DNA from: Bacilli bacterium
Lineage (GTDB): Bacteria; Bacillota_I; Bacilli_A; RF39; UBA660
Reading direction: 5' to 3'
Length of the DNA stretch: 64,000 bases
Assembly: GCA_031549195.1 (NCBI GenBank)
Contig: JAVBQF010000020.1
Coordinates: 17,894-81,893 of the forward strand
Under the pieces are notes generated by a model. The model saw only the letters and a program-made list of their open reading frames with translations, made no database searches and had not been told where the DNA came from. The position numbers and the translations under genes were made by a program. How positions within the stretch are numbered: position 1 is the stretch's first letter; every line of letters starts with the position of its first letter. This document shows, piece by piece, positions 10,811 to 20,575 of this stretch.

Positions 10811-11496
10811 TTAAATTCCTCCCTAAATATTTGATCTATGGAACCGTTTCTTTTTGTTCTTAATACATCAGCATCCTCATTAACAATAACCTTTCCATCT
10901 TTTAAAAAGATTACCCTATCTAATAGCTTTTCAATATCCGCTATTAAATGAGTAGATATTATAATTGTAGAGTCATCACTGAAATTATTTAGTATTGTAT
11001 CTAATATGTAGTCTCTTGCAGCTGGGTCTACTCCACCTATTGGTTCATCTAATATATATAAATCTGCTTTCCTACTCATTACCATTACAAGCTGAACTTT
11101 CTCTTTAGTCCCCTTTGACATAGTCTTTAATTTATCGTTTTCATTTAAGTTTAATTTCTTTAATAATTTTCTTGCTTTTGTTGCATCAAAATCTAAATAG
11201 AAATCTTGAAATAGTTGAATTAGTTCATTTACTCTCATATTAAAGTTCAAATAAGTTCTCTCAGGCAAATAAGATATTACCTTCTTACTTTCAATACCTG
11301 GTATATTACCATTTACTAGTATCTCTCCACTTGTTTTAGTAAGTAGGTCATTAATTAATTTTATTAGTGTTGTTTTACCACTTCCATTGGGACCCAAAAG
11401 CCCATATATTTTACCCTTTTCGATTTTTAGATTAACATCTTTAAGTACATACTTCTCTTCATATTTCTTGCATAGTTTTTTACATTCCAATAGCAT
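10804..11496 (-). CDS. ABC transporter ATP-binding protein
   Basis: Walker A GPNGSGKTT, signature LSKGTKEKV and Walker B LYILDEP. Confidence 0.85.
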   Translation of the reverse strand: MLLECKKLCKKYEEKYVLKDVNLKIEKGKIYGLLGPNGSGKTTLIKLINDLLTKTSGEILVNGNIPGIESKKVISYLPERTYLNFNMRVNELIQLFQDFYLDFDATKARKLLKKLNLNENDKLKTMSKGTKEKVQLVMVMSRKADLYILDEPIGGVDPAARDYILDTILNNFSDDSTIIISTHLIADIEKLLDRVIFLKDGKVIVNEDADVLRTKRNGSIDQIFREEFKC

Positions 11497-11858
11497 TATT
11501 TACCATCCTCCTCTTGTAAATATTTGATCAAGTCCTTATTGTCTAATTTTAAAGATCTCATTTCTAAAATAAATCTGCTAATTTTACTTTCTATGTAATT
11601 ATTTTTCTCTTTAATCAATAAGTTTTTATCTTCTGTTACAAATTTACCACTAGTTCTTTTTGTAATTATTAATCCAGTATATTCAAGTTCTGCTAATGCC
11701 TTCTGCATTGTATTAGGATTTACTCCAGATTCTAAAGCCAAATCTCTAACGGATGGAATCTTTTCACCTAATTTTAACTCACCTGTAATTATACTTACTT
11801 TTAATTGTTCTAATAACTGCATATAAATAGGTTGCTCATTGCTAAAAGCCCATTCCAT
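11496..11858 (-). CDS. GntR family (YtrA-like) transcriptional regulator
   Basis: Short GntR winged HTH (LPSVRDLALESGVNPNTMQKALAELE). First gene of an operon with the ABC ATPase and permease. Confidence 0.75.
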   Translation of the reverse strand: MEWAFSNEQPIYMQLLEQLKVSIITGELKLGEKIPSVRDLALESGVNPNTMQKALAELEYTGLIITKRTSGKFVTEDKNLLIKEKNNYIESKISRFILEMRSLKLDNKDLIKYLQEEDGK

Positions 11859-11939
11859 TTAATCACCTCCACCAACTGTATTACTTAATTAACACAGTTA
11901 TACAATATATTTTTTTGTTTGTCAATAAAAAAAGAAAGC

Positions 11940-12743
11940 TTAACTTTCTTTAGATCCATAATATATTAGTATTGATATGATGAGACCCCCAACTATATTT
12001 CCTATAGTTACTGGTAGTAAATTATTAAATAGATAGTTTCCAACATTAATACTTGATACATCTATATTGCCAATCAAATCTATATTCAATTTAGATATTA
12101 GAGCAATCGGTATATAGTACATATTAGCAACACAATGTTCAAATCCACCAATTATAAATGCCAGTATCGGAAAAACTATTACAATAATTTTAGATGTTGT
12201 TTCCTTAACTGACATTGATAATATTACTGCAAGTGATACTAAAATATTGCATAAAATACCAGATGTAAAAGCTTTAACAAATGATAACTCTAATTTTTTA
12301 GTTGCTAGACTAACACTATAATGTGCTATTTCATTGCTGTATGATGATAAAAGCCCAGAGTAATATACTAAAACAGCAATAATTAAAGCTCCTATCATAT
12401 TAGAAATGTATATAATTAGTAAGTTTTTTAAATATTCTTTTAAAGTTGCTTTCTTATCAAGAACAGAAGTTATACCAATTATATTGCCTGTAAACAGCTG
12501 GGCTCCTGTTAATACTACACTTATTAGTCCCATAGAAAACACTATTCCGCTTAAAAATTTTGAAATACCAATATCCATAGTCTTTGATGATAGTATTGTC
12601 GCTGCTACTGCTGCTAGTGCTATAAACATTCCAGCTAGTATTCCAAGAATTATTTGCTTCTTCAAATCTTTTTTTATTTTATTTGTACTAACATCCACTA
12701 TTTCATTACTTCGCATAAAATTCACCAAGTTCAATACTAACAT
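11940..12743 (-). CDS. formate/nitrite transporter (FNT) family channel
   Basis: Six TM helices and a GAQLFTGN motif matching the FNT signature. Confidence 0.75.
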   Translation of the reverse strand: MLVLNLVNFMRSNEIVDVSTNKIKKDLKKQIILGILAGMFIALAAVAATILSSKTMDIGISKFLSGIVFSMGLISVVLTGAQLFTGNIIGITSVLDKKATLKEYLKNLLIIYISNMIGALIIAVLVYYSGLLSSYSNEIAHYSVSLATKKLELSFVKAFTSGILCNILVSLAVILSMSVKETTSKIIVIVFPILAFIIGGFEHCVANMYYIPIALISKLNIDLIGNIDVSSINVGNYLFNNLLPVTIGNIVGGLIISILIYYGSKES

Positions 12744-12778
12744 ACAAAGTATAAATAAGCAATGAAAAAAGAATATTG

Positions 12779-14260
12779 CTACTCTTCCTTACTATCAAAG
12801 AAATCATCAACAAAATTCTCTTCTTCCTCTATTATTCTTAATTCTTGTTTTGGCTCAACATTCTTATGGTCTTCTATATTAACTCCTGTATTATCCAATT
12901 CTTGAACAAACTTCCAACCTCTTTTGTCTGGTTTAATAGGATCTTCAAGAGGATCATTAATAGGTACCTCTTTAAGTGATTTTTCAAATTTAAAATAGTC
13001 TAATGCCTTTTCAAGTTTAGCGGGCTCATTTGGATTTTTATCTGCTTGTAAATCTGTTGTTTCTTCTTCCTCTTGTTTAGACATTGTATTAATTGTGCCA
13101 GATAATATGACAGAATCAATTTCATCAGTTGTTGCAAATCTTTTATTTAATGCTGACTTTGCAGTTATATTAACAGGATTAACCGCTGTCATATGAACTT
13201 CTTCGGGCGGATTATAATTTGGGAGTATATTTGGCCTAGACATTGTTTGTAATACAGGTTTTTCCTCTAAATCCGGTTCCAATTTTTCCCTTTTTTCATT
13301 AATAACATCTTCTGCTGGCATTAATGCTCTACCAAGATGAATATCTAAATCTGTAACTTCACCATTCTCAATAGCTATTATATCTTTAAATACTACATCA
13401 AACTTTGGCATTTCTTTTCTTATGACATCAGGATATATATTTTTACTATTTTCCAAAGCTTTTTTAAAATCAAATATATCTACCCATTCCCTATTATCAA
13501 ATACAGCATATGAAAATGCTTGCTTCATTATAGTTAAAGATATATCAGGATATCTTGATCCGATTGCAAACACTCTTTTATACTCATCTGTCATATCAAC
13601 TACAAACTTCATTATCTGACTCTGCTGAAAATTTGAATATTTTAATTTCCTACCAGTTGTTTTTTCTATTTTGGGAAGTGTTCCCATCATTATTTGGACA
13701 ACCTCTTCTTTAGTTGGTTCTGGTACATCAACCTTTTGAAAACGCCTTGTAAATGCTTTATCCCTTAAAATATATCTTTCATATTCCTCTGTAGTAGTAG
13801 CACCGATAACTTTAATACTACCACGACCTAATCCCTCTTTAAAAATATTAGCAAAATCTAACGATGAAGAATCAGTAGCGCCAATCAGCATGTGTATTTC
13901 ATCAACAAATAGAATAAGTTTATCTCTTTGCTTTAATTCATCTATCATTATTTGAACTTTACTTTCCCCATCAGGCATAGTACCCAAAAGTGATGCTGTT
14001 TTAATATTAATAATAGTATATCCTTTTAATGCCTCTGGTACTTCATCCTTTTGAATCTTATATGCTAGTCCCTCTACTATAGCGGTTTTACCAATACCTG
14101 GTTTTCCTATTAATATTGCTGATTTTTCTGGAGTTAAAAGTATCAAAATAAGTTCTTTTATTTGTTTTTCTCTTCCAATAGCAGGATTAGTTATATATGC
14201 TTCTTTGGTTACATTAGTTCCATATCTATCCAAAACACTAAATGCTTTTTTATCATCCAT
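12779..14260 (-). CDS. ClpA/ClpB-like AAA+ ATPase (single D1-like module, acidic C-terminal tail)
   Basis: AIGREKQIKELI..LIGKPGIGKTAIVEGLA and FVDEIHMLIG closely match the Clp D1 Walker A/B region. Only one AAA module is present. Confidence 0.6.
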   Translation of the reverse strand: MDDKKAFSVLDRYGTNVTKEAYITNPAIGREKQIKELILILLTPEKSAILIGKPGIGKTAIVEGLAYKIQKDEVPEALKGYTIINIKTASLLGTMPDGESKVQIMIDELKQRDKLILFVDEIHMLIGATDSSSLDFANIFKEGLGRGSIKVIGATTTEEYERYILRDKAFTRRFQKVDVPEPTKEEVVQIMMGTLPKIEKTTGRKLKYSNFQQSQIMKFVVDMTDEYKRVFAIGSRYPDISLTIMKQAFSYAVFDNREWVDIFDFKKALENSKNIYPDVIRKEMPKFDVVFKDIIAIENGEVTDLDIHLGRALMPAEDVINEKREKLEPDLEEKPVLQTMSRPNILPNYNPPEEVHMTAVNPVNITAKSALNKRFATTDEIDSVILSGTINTMSKQEEEETTDLQADKNPNEPAKLEKALDYFKFEKSLKEVPINDPLEDPIKPDKRGWKFVQELDNTGVNIEDHKNVEPKQELRIIEEEENFVDDFFDSKEE

Positions 14261-14355
14261 AAATAATCCTCCTAACTATTAAATAGTATAACACATTTAG
14301 AAAAGTTTAAAAATAAAATAAGTAAAAAAGATGCCTACTAGACATCTATTTTCGA

Positions 14356-15063
14356 TTATTCATAAAATTCGCTTGAGACAATAAGTAATAAATCTTGCAT
14401 AACATTTTCTTGCGGTTGATTTTTCACTAAAAATGGGATGAATTTATCGTTTGGTATAAATCTTTTAGGCAGCATCTTACAGTTTTTAAGAACATATGTA
14501 ACACACCAAGTTTCTGCATCACTACCTGCTACACTTTCTCCAACCTTCCAATAAAAAGTGCTTTGATCATTTCTTAAATTTTTGATTAATTTGCTCATAT
14601 CCGCTGGTATATCAGATTCTTTTTTTAAACAGGCTATTTTATCTGCGACTTCTCTTAAATATTTTTTATCGTATCTATGCTTCTCGTCAAGTGCAAATAC
14701 AATAACTATTCCAGTCATGTCATTATCACCTGGTTCCCATAATGCCCCGTGTGCTTGAACTACTGCGCCATATATTAATGGTGCATTAGCAACCTTATCA
14801 AAAAATTTTGTTTTTCCAAACAACGGTGCCTTACCAGCTCCTCGCTTACAGAAATCAGAATTAATGTCTCTTGGAACTTTTTTAAATTCGTCTAATCTTT
14901 CTAAATGTGTTTCATTTTTTAATCTTTCTTTTTGTTTTGCAATTGCTTCACTCCTTAGTTTAAGAACTTGCTCTTTGTTCATTCCTTTACTAACTAAATC
15001 ATCAATATCTTCATCTTTTAAATTCCTATAATATTGATCTTGTGCATCTTGTATTTTTCCCAT
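14356..15063 (-). CDS. hypothetical protein
   Basis: 235-aa ORF co-oriented between the Nudix gene and the AAA gene. No recognisable motif. Confidence 0.4.
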   Translation of the reverse strand: MGKIQDAQDQYYRNLKDEDIDDLVSKGMNKEQVLKLRSEAIAKQKERLKNETHLERLDEFKKVPRDINSDFCKRGAGKAPLFGKTKFFDKVANAPLIYGAVVQAHGALWEPGDNDMTGIVIVFALDEKHRYDKKYLREVADKIACLKKESDIPADMSKLIKNLRNDQSTFYWKVGESVAGSDAETWCVTYVLKNCKMLPKRFIPNDKFIPFLVKNQPQENVMQDLLLIVSSEFYE

Positions 15064-15110
15064 ACTAAATTCTCCTTATCTCATTGCATATATTATATCA
15101 TTTATAATTA

Positions 15111-15623
15111 TTAGTTCATATCTTTATATTGCTTTAATGCTTCCAACATTTCTTCAACAATCACAGAATTATTAGAATAAGCTTTTAAATTCTTAATTAG
15201 TTCATTTTCTATATTATTCAAATCAATATATCTTAATTCAAAGTTCCCTTCTAATTCTCCTTCATCATAATTAGCATTTTTTAAATCATACTTTTCATCT
15301 GTTCTAATTAAATAATAATATATCTCATTACAACGGTTAATACCTTTATCACGATAGTTTTTAGAAAAATATCTTATTAAAAGGAATGGCTTTGAATTAG
15401 TAACATCAATTGTTATTCCTGTTTCTTCTTTTATTTCTCTTTTTAAGCCCTCTACTAAAGTCTCTCCTTCTTCTAAATGACCACCAGGAAATTGATAAGT
15501 ATTACGACAATAACCAAGCAATATTTCATTTTCAGAATTTATTATTAATGCTTTTAACCTCACTACTGTTTCTTCTATGTCTTTTATTGATAAGTTATCA
15601 TGGTTATATAATATTTCTGTCAT
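15111..15623 (-). CDS. NUDIX hydrolase
   Basis: Nudix box GGHLEEGETLVEGLKREIKEETGI. Confidence 0.7.
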   Translation of the reverse strand: MTEILYNHDNLSIKDIEETVVRLKALIINSENEILLGYCRNTYQFPGGHLEEGETLVEGLKREIKEETGITIDVTNSKPFLLIRYFSKNYRDKGINRCNEIYYYLIRTDEKYDLKNANYDEGELEGNFELRYIDLNNIENELIKNLKAYSNNSVIVEEMLEALKQYKDMN

Positions 15624-15638
15624 AAAGTCACCTCTTAA

Positions 15639-16724
15639 CTAATTAACTGTTATTAAAACATATTCACTTGGCGCTCCAGTCTTAAGTGGCGCTCCCCATC
15701 CAGATATGCCAGATGAAGTAATCGCATTAAATTTGCCTATTTCCCTTTTACCATACATCAACTTACCAGTAAAAAGAGCTTCTATTGGTCCGGCTGGAAA
15801 ATATTGCCCACCATGAGTATGTCCAGACAATTGTAAATCAACTCCTAGTTCTGCATTAATATCTAAGTCGATAGGGCGATGATCTAATACAATTATATAG
15901 TCATTATCATCCGTATTTTTAATTAGATCTTTCATATCCTCTCTATTTGTCTTATCACTGCTCCATCCAGCATCTTTTCTTCCAATTATGCTGATGTTAT
16001 CAATAGTGACAACTTCATCTTCTAATACAACAATTCCATTTTTTTCTAATTCTTTTTTAACATCATTATGATTAAAGGTCTTATTACTACCATATCTATT
16101 CGCATCATGATTACCGTATACAAAATAAATACCCAGTTTGTTACTTATATTACCTAATATTTTACAAGCGTCCTTCATATCTTTTAGAGGTGTACTTTCA
16201 TCAAATAAATCGCCTGTTAATGCAACAATATCAACATTTAAGTTATTCACTTCTTCTACATATGTTTCTAATTCTTCTACTGTAACTGAATTAGACATAT
16301 GTAAGTCCGATATTTGTAATATTCTTAAATTATTAATTTTACTACTCTCAATTAAATATTCAGTTTCAATTACATTATTCATATTATAGTATCCATACCC
16401 TAAAATTAAGATAGTCGTTATAATTGCCAACGCGCCTGAATATAACATATATCTATATACTTTATATTTTTTTAGTATATAATTTAGTAATTCATAAATT
16501 CCTGATATTACCAATATATGCATATAAACATTTGAGAATATAGAAAATATATTCATTGAGCTTAAAGAAATAATACTTATAATGACTATTACAAGTATCC
16601 TTTGTTTTTTATCTAATTCTTTATTCTTAAATTCTTTTATAAATCTAAAAATGAATCTACTAAAATAAATAATACCAACTACAATATACAACAAGGCAAA
16701 TATTAAATAAATTGTTATTGTCAT
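15639..16724 (-). CDS. membrane-anchored metallophosphoesterase
   Basis: N-terminal TM helices, then calcineurin-like motifs: ISDLH, GDLFD, GNHD and GHTHGGQ. Confidence 0.7.
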   Translation of the reverse strand: MTITIYLIFALLYIVVGIIYFSRFIFRFIKEFKNKELDKKQRILVIVIISIISLSSMNIFSIFSNVYMHILVISGIYELLNYILKKYKVYRYMLYSGALAIITTILILGYGYYNMNNVIETEYLIESSKINNLRILQISDLHMSNSVTVEELETYVEEVNNLNVDIVALTGDLFDESTPLKDMKDACKILGNISNKLGIYFVYGNHDANRYGSNKTFNHNDVKKELEKNGIVVLEDEVVTIDNISIIGRKDAGWSSDKTNREDMKDLIKNTDDNDYIIVLDHRPIDLDINAELGVDLQLSGHTHGGQYFPAGPIEALFTGKLMYGKREIGKFNAITSSGISGWGAPLKTGAPSEYVLITVN

Positions 16725-16844
16725 CTTATCATTCCTTTTTTAATTACTAAGACATAAAAGCCTTTATTTTGGGTTAATTTTTTTTAATTATTTGTAACCT
16801 TATTTAAAATAAATTATGTGTTTTAAGATTTTGCTACCTAAAAA

Positions 16845-17681
16845 TTAATCATTTGCTCGAAATAATTCAGAATAAATACTTTCTATTTTATTCAATTCAT
16901 CAAATTGTTCTTTGGAAGCACTTCTATTTATCATATTTGTTTTTATATTATTCATTCTTGTATCATAATTAAGACAAGCCTTTTTATTGCTTTCATCTCT
17001 TAATTTTTGCAACAAATCCAAATAATCATCTCCAACGTGAATGCTTTCAAATTGACTATCAACATATACAACATAATTCACTCTTACTCCAAGTGATAGA
17101 CATCCTAAAATAAAATCTGGTAATAAGATATAACTTTTATTATGTGCTTCAATATTAGACAATTTGGCAATCTCACTTTTTAAAATTTCCTTTTCATATC
17201 TTTCTCTTGTTGCAAGTAGACTTGCCAGATTACCCGCTACAACTACATTTATAATAACATCACAATTATTAGGTATTATCTTTATTAATTCCAACAAGCT
17301 ATAATCAGTTGGTGCTTTTTCTCTTAATACCGAATAACCATTTTGCATTGCATAGGAAAATAGTTCATCTCCCCATAAATGTGCGTCAAAGTTTGTAAGT
17401 CTTGCGTAATCACTTGGATATTTATCTAATATTTCTTTAGAATATTTACTAAACGAGCGATATTCATCAGAGTTTATACTTATATACTTAGATAAGTTTG
17501 CATTTCTTATAAATGTTGTCTTTCCACAACCTGGCTGACCAACAACTAACATAATAGATGGATTTTTTTCAGTGCTTTTATTTGCAAACAAATCTTTTTT
17601 AAGCAATTCTAAAACCATATCATGTTCTTCTTTTGTCAATTTGTATTTTTCAGTTAATTTATTTAAGCTTTGGTTATCCAT
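16845..17681 (-). CDS. zeta-toxin / UDP-GlcNAc-kinase-like P-loop kinase
   Basis: LVVGQPGCGKTT Walker A in a zeta-toxin-like N-terminal arrangement. No adjacent epsilon-like antitoxin. Confidence 0.5.
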   Translation of the reverse strand: MDNQSLNKLTEKYKLTKEEHDMVLELLKKDLFANKSTEKNPSIMLVVGQPGCGKTTFIRNANLSKYISINSDEYRSFSKYSKEILDKYPSDYARLTNFDAHLWGDELFSYAMQNGYSVLREKAPTDYSLLELIKIIPNNCDVIINVVVAGNLASLLATRERYEKEILKSEIAKLSNIEAHNKSYILLPDFILGCLSLGVRVNYVVYVDSQFESIHVGDDYLDLLQKLRDESNKKACLNYDTRMNNIKTNMINRSASKEQFDELNKIESIYSELFRAND

Positions 17682-17683
17682 TT

Positions 17684-18607
17684 TTATTCCTCTTCAAACA
17701 ACTTTTTCATACAAGCAGTTATAGGTTTCATATTATTTTGATCAGCTGTTGTTGTTATAACCATGTTTTTATTTGGGACAACTATCATATATTGACCATC
17801 AGAGCCATCATGATAATAAATTCCATTTTTGCATACCCACAAATTAAATCCATAGCCATATTTAGGCAATGCTCTTGATTCATCATAATTATTAGGTGTT
17901 TCAATTTGTAATTTAGTCATTTCACTAAACCAATTACTAGGTATTATTTGTAAGTTGTTGTATTTACCATTATTTAAAAATAATTTACCTATTTTATGTA
18001 AATCATTCGGAGTAATAGTTAATCCTGTGCATCCCATTGAGTGTCCTTGCTTACTTTCCACCCAAGTATAATCAGTAATTCCAATTTTATCTAACACTTC
18101 CATACCAACGAACTGTGATAATTTCATTCCTACTACTTTTTCAATTATCATAGATAGTAAGTAAATCGGTGCATTTGTATAAAAGAAAAATTCTCCTGGA
18201 TTATGTTTTATTGGATAATTTAAAGCTAATTCGCACAAATCGGTCTCACCTAAGTTGGCTGTATGCTTTTCATTTAATATCATTTCTTCATAACCCATAC
18301 TTAAAGTTACTAAATGCTTTAATTTAGTTTTTTCTAAATACTTAATGTTATCTTCATTGCTAATTTTAACACTTTCAAAATAGGGCATTATATATTCTTC
18401 AAGACCATTTTTAAAGTAACCTTTTTCAATAGCGATGCCCAAAGCTAAACTTGTCATCGTCTTACTTATTGATCGAATATTTATAAAACGTTCATTAGTA
18501 AAAATATGTTTATATTCTTTACTATCACAAGTAATAATCAAACTTTGCATATTTAAGTTTTCTTGCTGCATTGCTTTAATTACTTCTTCAAATAATGTTT
18601 CATTCAT
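17684..18607 (-). CDS. serine hydrolase, beta-lactamase/esterase family (no signal peptide)
   Basis: SISK (SxxK) active-site motif near the N-terminus. Class A/C-like fold length. Confidence 0.55.
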   Translation of the reverse strand: MNETLFEEVIKAMQQENLNMQSLIITCDSKEYKHIFTNERFINIRSISKTMTSLALGIAIEKGYFKNGLEEYIMPYFESVKISNEDNIKYLEKTKLKHLVTLSMGYEEMILNEKHTANLGETDLCELALNYPIKHNPGEFFFYTNAPIYLLSMIIEKVVGMKLSQFVGMEVLDKIGITDYTWVESKQGHSMGCTGLTITPNDLHKIGKLFLNNGKYNNLQIIPSNWFSEMTKLQIETPNNYDESRALPKYGYGFNLWVCKNGIYYHDGSDGQYMIVVPNKNMVITTTADQNNMKPITACMKKLFEEE

Positions 18608-19248
18608 TTGACACCTCTTATACTTTCACACAATTTTCGGGCTAATTTTCTATGACTTTCTTTATCTAAGTGAACTCCATCTATACCTGTTGTTAAATCT
18701 TCATTATTTACAAAATAACAATTGTATTTATCCGCTATTTGTTTATAGATGTTGTTTAAATCTTTTGATTTAATGTACGCACCTTCATATTTTTTTTTAC
18801 AGTAATCAGTATTTTCATCAACAAGTGGAGGGCATACCAATATTAGTTTTGGAGTAGTGTTCATGAATTGTGATTTTCTATTTAATATTGTCTTAACAAA
18901 ACAATCATCTATTAGATTACCAATATCTTCTATCGTCTTATTATAAACTGCTTTTAATTCGTTAGTACCTAGCATCAAAACAACAATATCTAATGGATCA
19001 TGTGTATCTAAACATGGTATTAAATATTCATATCCATTTTTACCTTCTTTTCCTGGTCTTTCATCATTTGAAATTAATGTTCTGCTATTCAAGCCTTCTT
19101 CTATAATTAGGTATTCTTTGCCTAATAACTGTTGTAGTATTCCTGTCCATCTTTCATCTTTTAAATATCTGTTATGGTCACTTCCTGAAATATATCCCCA
19201 AGTATTAGAATCACCATAACATAAGATTCTAGTTTCTTTATCTCTCAT
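18604..19248 (-). CDS. SGNH/GDSL family hydrolase
   Basis: CYGDSNTWG (GDS block I) and a DGVHL catalytic block. Confidence 0.6.
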   Translation of the reverse strand: MRDKETRILCYGDSNTWGYISGSDHNRYLKDERWTGILQQLLGKEYLIIEEGLNSRTLISNDERPGKEGKNGYEYLIPCLDTHDPLDIVVLMLGTNELKAVYNKTIEDIGNLIDDCFVKTILNRKSQFMNTTPKLILVCPPLVDENTDYCKKKYEGAYIKSKDLNNIYKQIADKYNCYFVNNEDLTTGIDGVHLDKESHRKLARKLCESIRGVK

Positions 19249-19531
19249 AGTTATTCCTCCTCAGTATATTTATGTTGCTCTGGATACCAGGCCGGGGTAC
19301 AAGGTACGCTGCTTCAAAGTTACCATCAAAAGCATAATATTCGTTTTTATCTATAAATAACACATCACCTTGTTCAAACTCAATTACTTCTTCATTATCT
19401 TGCTTATATAGATTTCCACTTCCATTTATAATGTAAAGAAGTTCCTTACATTCAACATTAACTTGAAATCCATTCTTTGGACTTCTGCAATTAATCTTTA
19501 TTGTTGCAAAGTTTATATCAGAATCAGACAC
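19238..19531 (-). CDS. cupin domain protein
   Basis: 97-aa small-barrel protein with a cupin-like GDVLFI motif. GTG start with a GGGAGAG RBS. Translationally coupled to the SGNH gene. Confidence 0.45.
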   Translation of the reverse strand: MSDSDINFATIKINCRSPKNGFQVNVECKELLYIINGSGNLYKQDNEEVIEFEQGDVLFIDKNEYYAFDGNFEAAYLVPRPGIQSNINILRRNNYER

Positions 19532-19724
19532 TGGATAATCTCTCCCAGAATATCCATCTCCACTATATTCTTCTGCTTAATTCTTTTTAATGCAATACAT
19601 AATAGCTACTCCTTTATTCAATTATACACTATTTAAAATAATTATTGAACATTTGTGGCAATTTAATTTGCTTATATTATAACCACACTAACTTTCCCCT
19701 AACCAATTAACAAACTCTTGCACT

Positions 19725-19769
19725 CCCTTTAAATACAACAAAAATGAGAGCTTTCGCTCTCTTCAGGGG
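19725..19769 (-). terminator. repeat module copy 1: minus-strand terminator-like hairpin with a conserved CCCCTGAA flank
   Basis: CCCTTTAAATACAACAAAAATGAGAGCTTTCGCTCTCTTCAGGGG. On the minus strand GAGAGC-GAAA-GCTCTC is followed by ATTTTTGTTG. Highly similar copies at 25153-25198 and 28373-28418. Confidence 0.55.
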
Positions 19770-20146
19770 TTTATTCTTTGCGTGTTTTTATAGCTCTTGA
19801 TTATATTAAAACTCTTTAAATTAAACACTTTTAGATTTTCATAGCTCTATTGAATATCTTATAATATTAAAATTTTAAGTGGTTAATGAGTGGTAGAATT
19901 CCAACCAAAACCTTTACTAGTTTCTCATATTCTTCTTCACTAATTACCTCATCTAATATTTTTATAACTTGCCAAAACCTTGCAATATTCATAATTTTAT
20001 CCTTTATATATTTTGTATTAATAACATAACACGAAAACTAATTTCTTGTAGGTCTTAACCTCGTTAGATATTAAGGCAATTAAAAAGCCGATTGTAGTTA
20101 ACCGGTTTTATCATTTTCGTTATAAACATTAGTATGTCAACATATT

Positions 20147-20362
20147 CTACTCTTTATTATTCTTTTTAATAGATTTGCTCTCACTTTCCATATCAGTTAG
20201 AGCATACTCACAAGCTTGTATTACAAATCTTGAAAAAGTAGCATTTTTATCTTTTATAGCATTCTCTATTCTATCTATTAAAGGAATAGGAAATCTAATT
20301 GTTTTGTTTTCAGTTTCTTTCTTATTAGGTTTTATTTGAAAAGCCATTTGCATTACCTCCAA
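20147..20362 (-). CDS. ribbon-helix-helix (CopG/Arc-like) small DNA-binding protein
   Basis: 71 aa. IRFPIPLIDRIENAIKDK is RHH-like. GGAGG RBS. Confidence 0.45.
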   Translation of the reverse strand: MEVMQMAFQIKPNKKETENKTIRFPIPLIDRIENAIKDKNATFSRFVIQACEYALTDMESESKSIKKNNKE

Positions 20363-20489
20363 TACACATTAATAGTATGGCTAAATGCAAAATAAGTAAG
20401 CATTGCAAAAATATTGCCACTTATTGACTTGTTTTTTATTTATGTTATTATTCTATCAGATAATGAAGTTTATTAGCTGGTGTAGTACG

Positions 20490-20525
20490 GGACGGCTAGT
20501 TAAAGTGTCCCTTTTTATTTTTTGT
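20490..20525 (+). terminator. plus-strand intrinsic terminator
   Basis: GGGAC-loop-GTCCC followed by TTTTTATTTTTT. Confidence 0.45.
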
Positions 20526-20575
20526 TTTAAATGCCTTGATTAATGGTATAATTAAATATAGAAAGAAGTGGTTTT

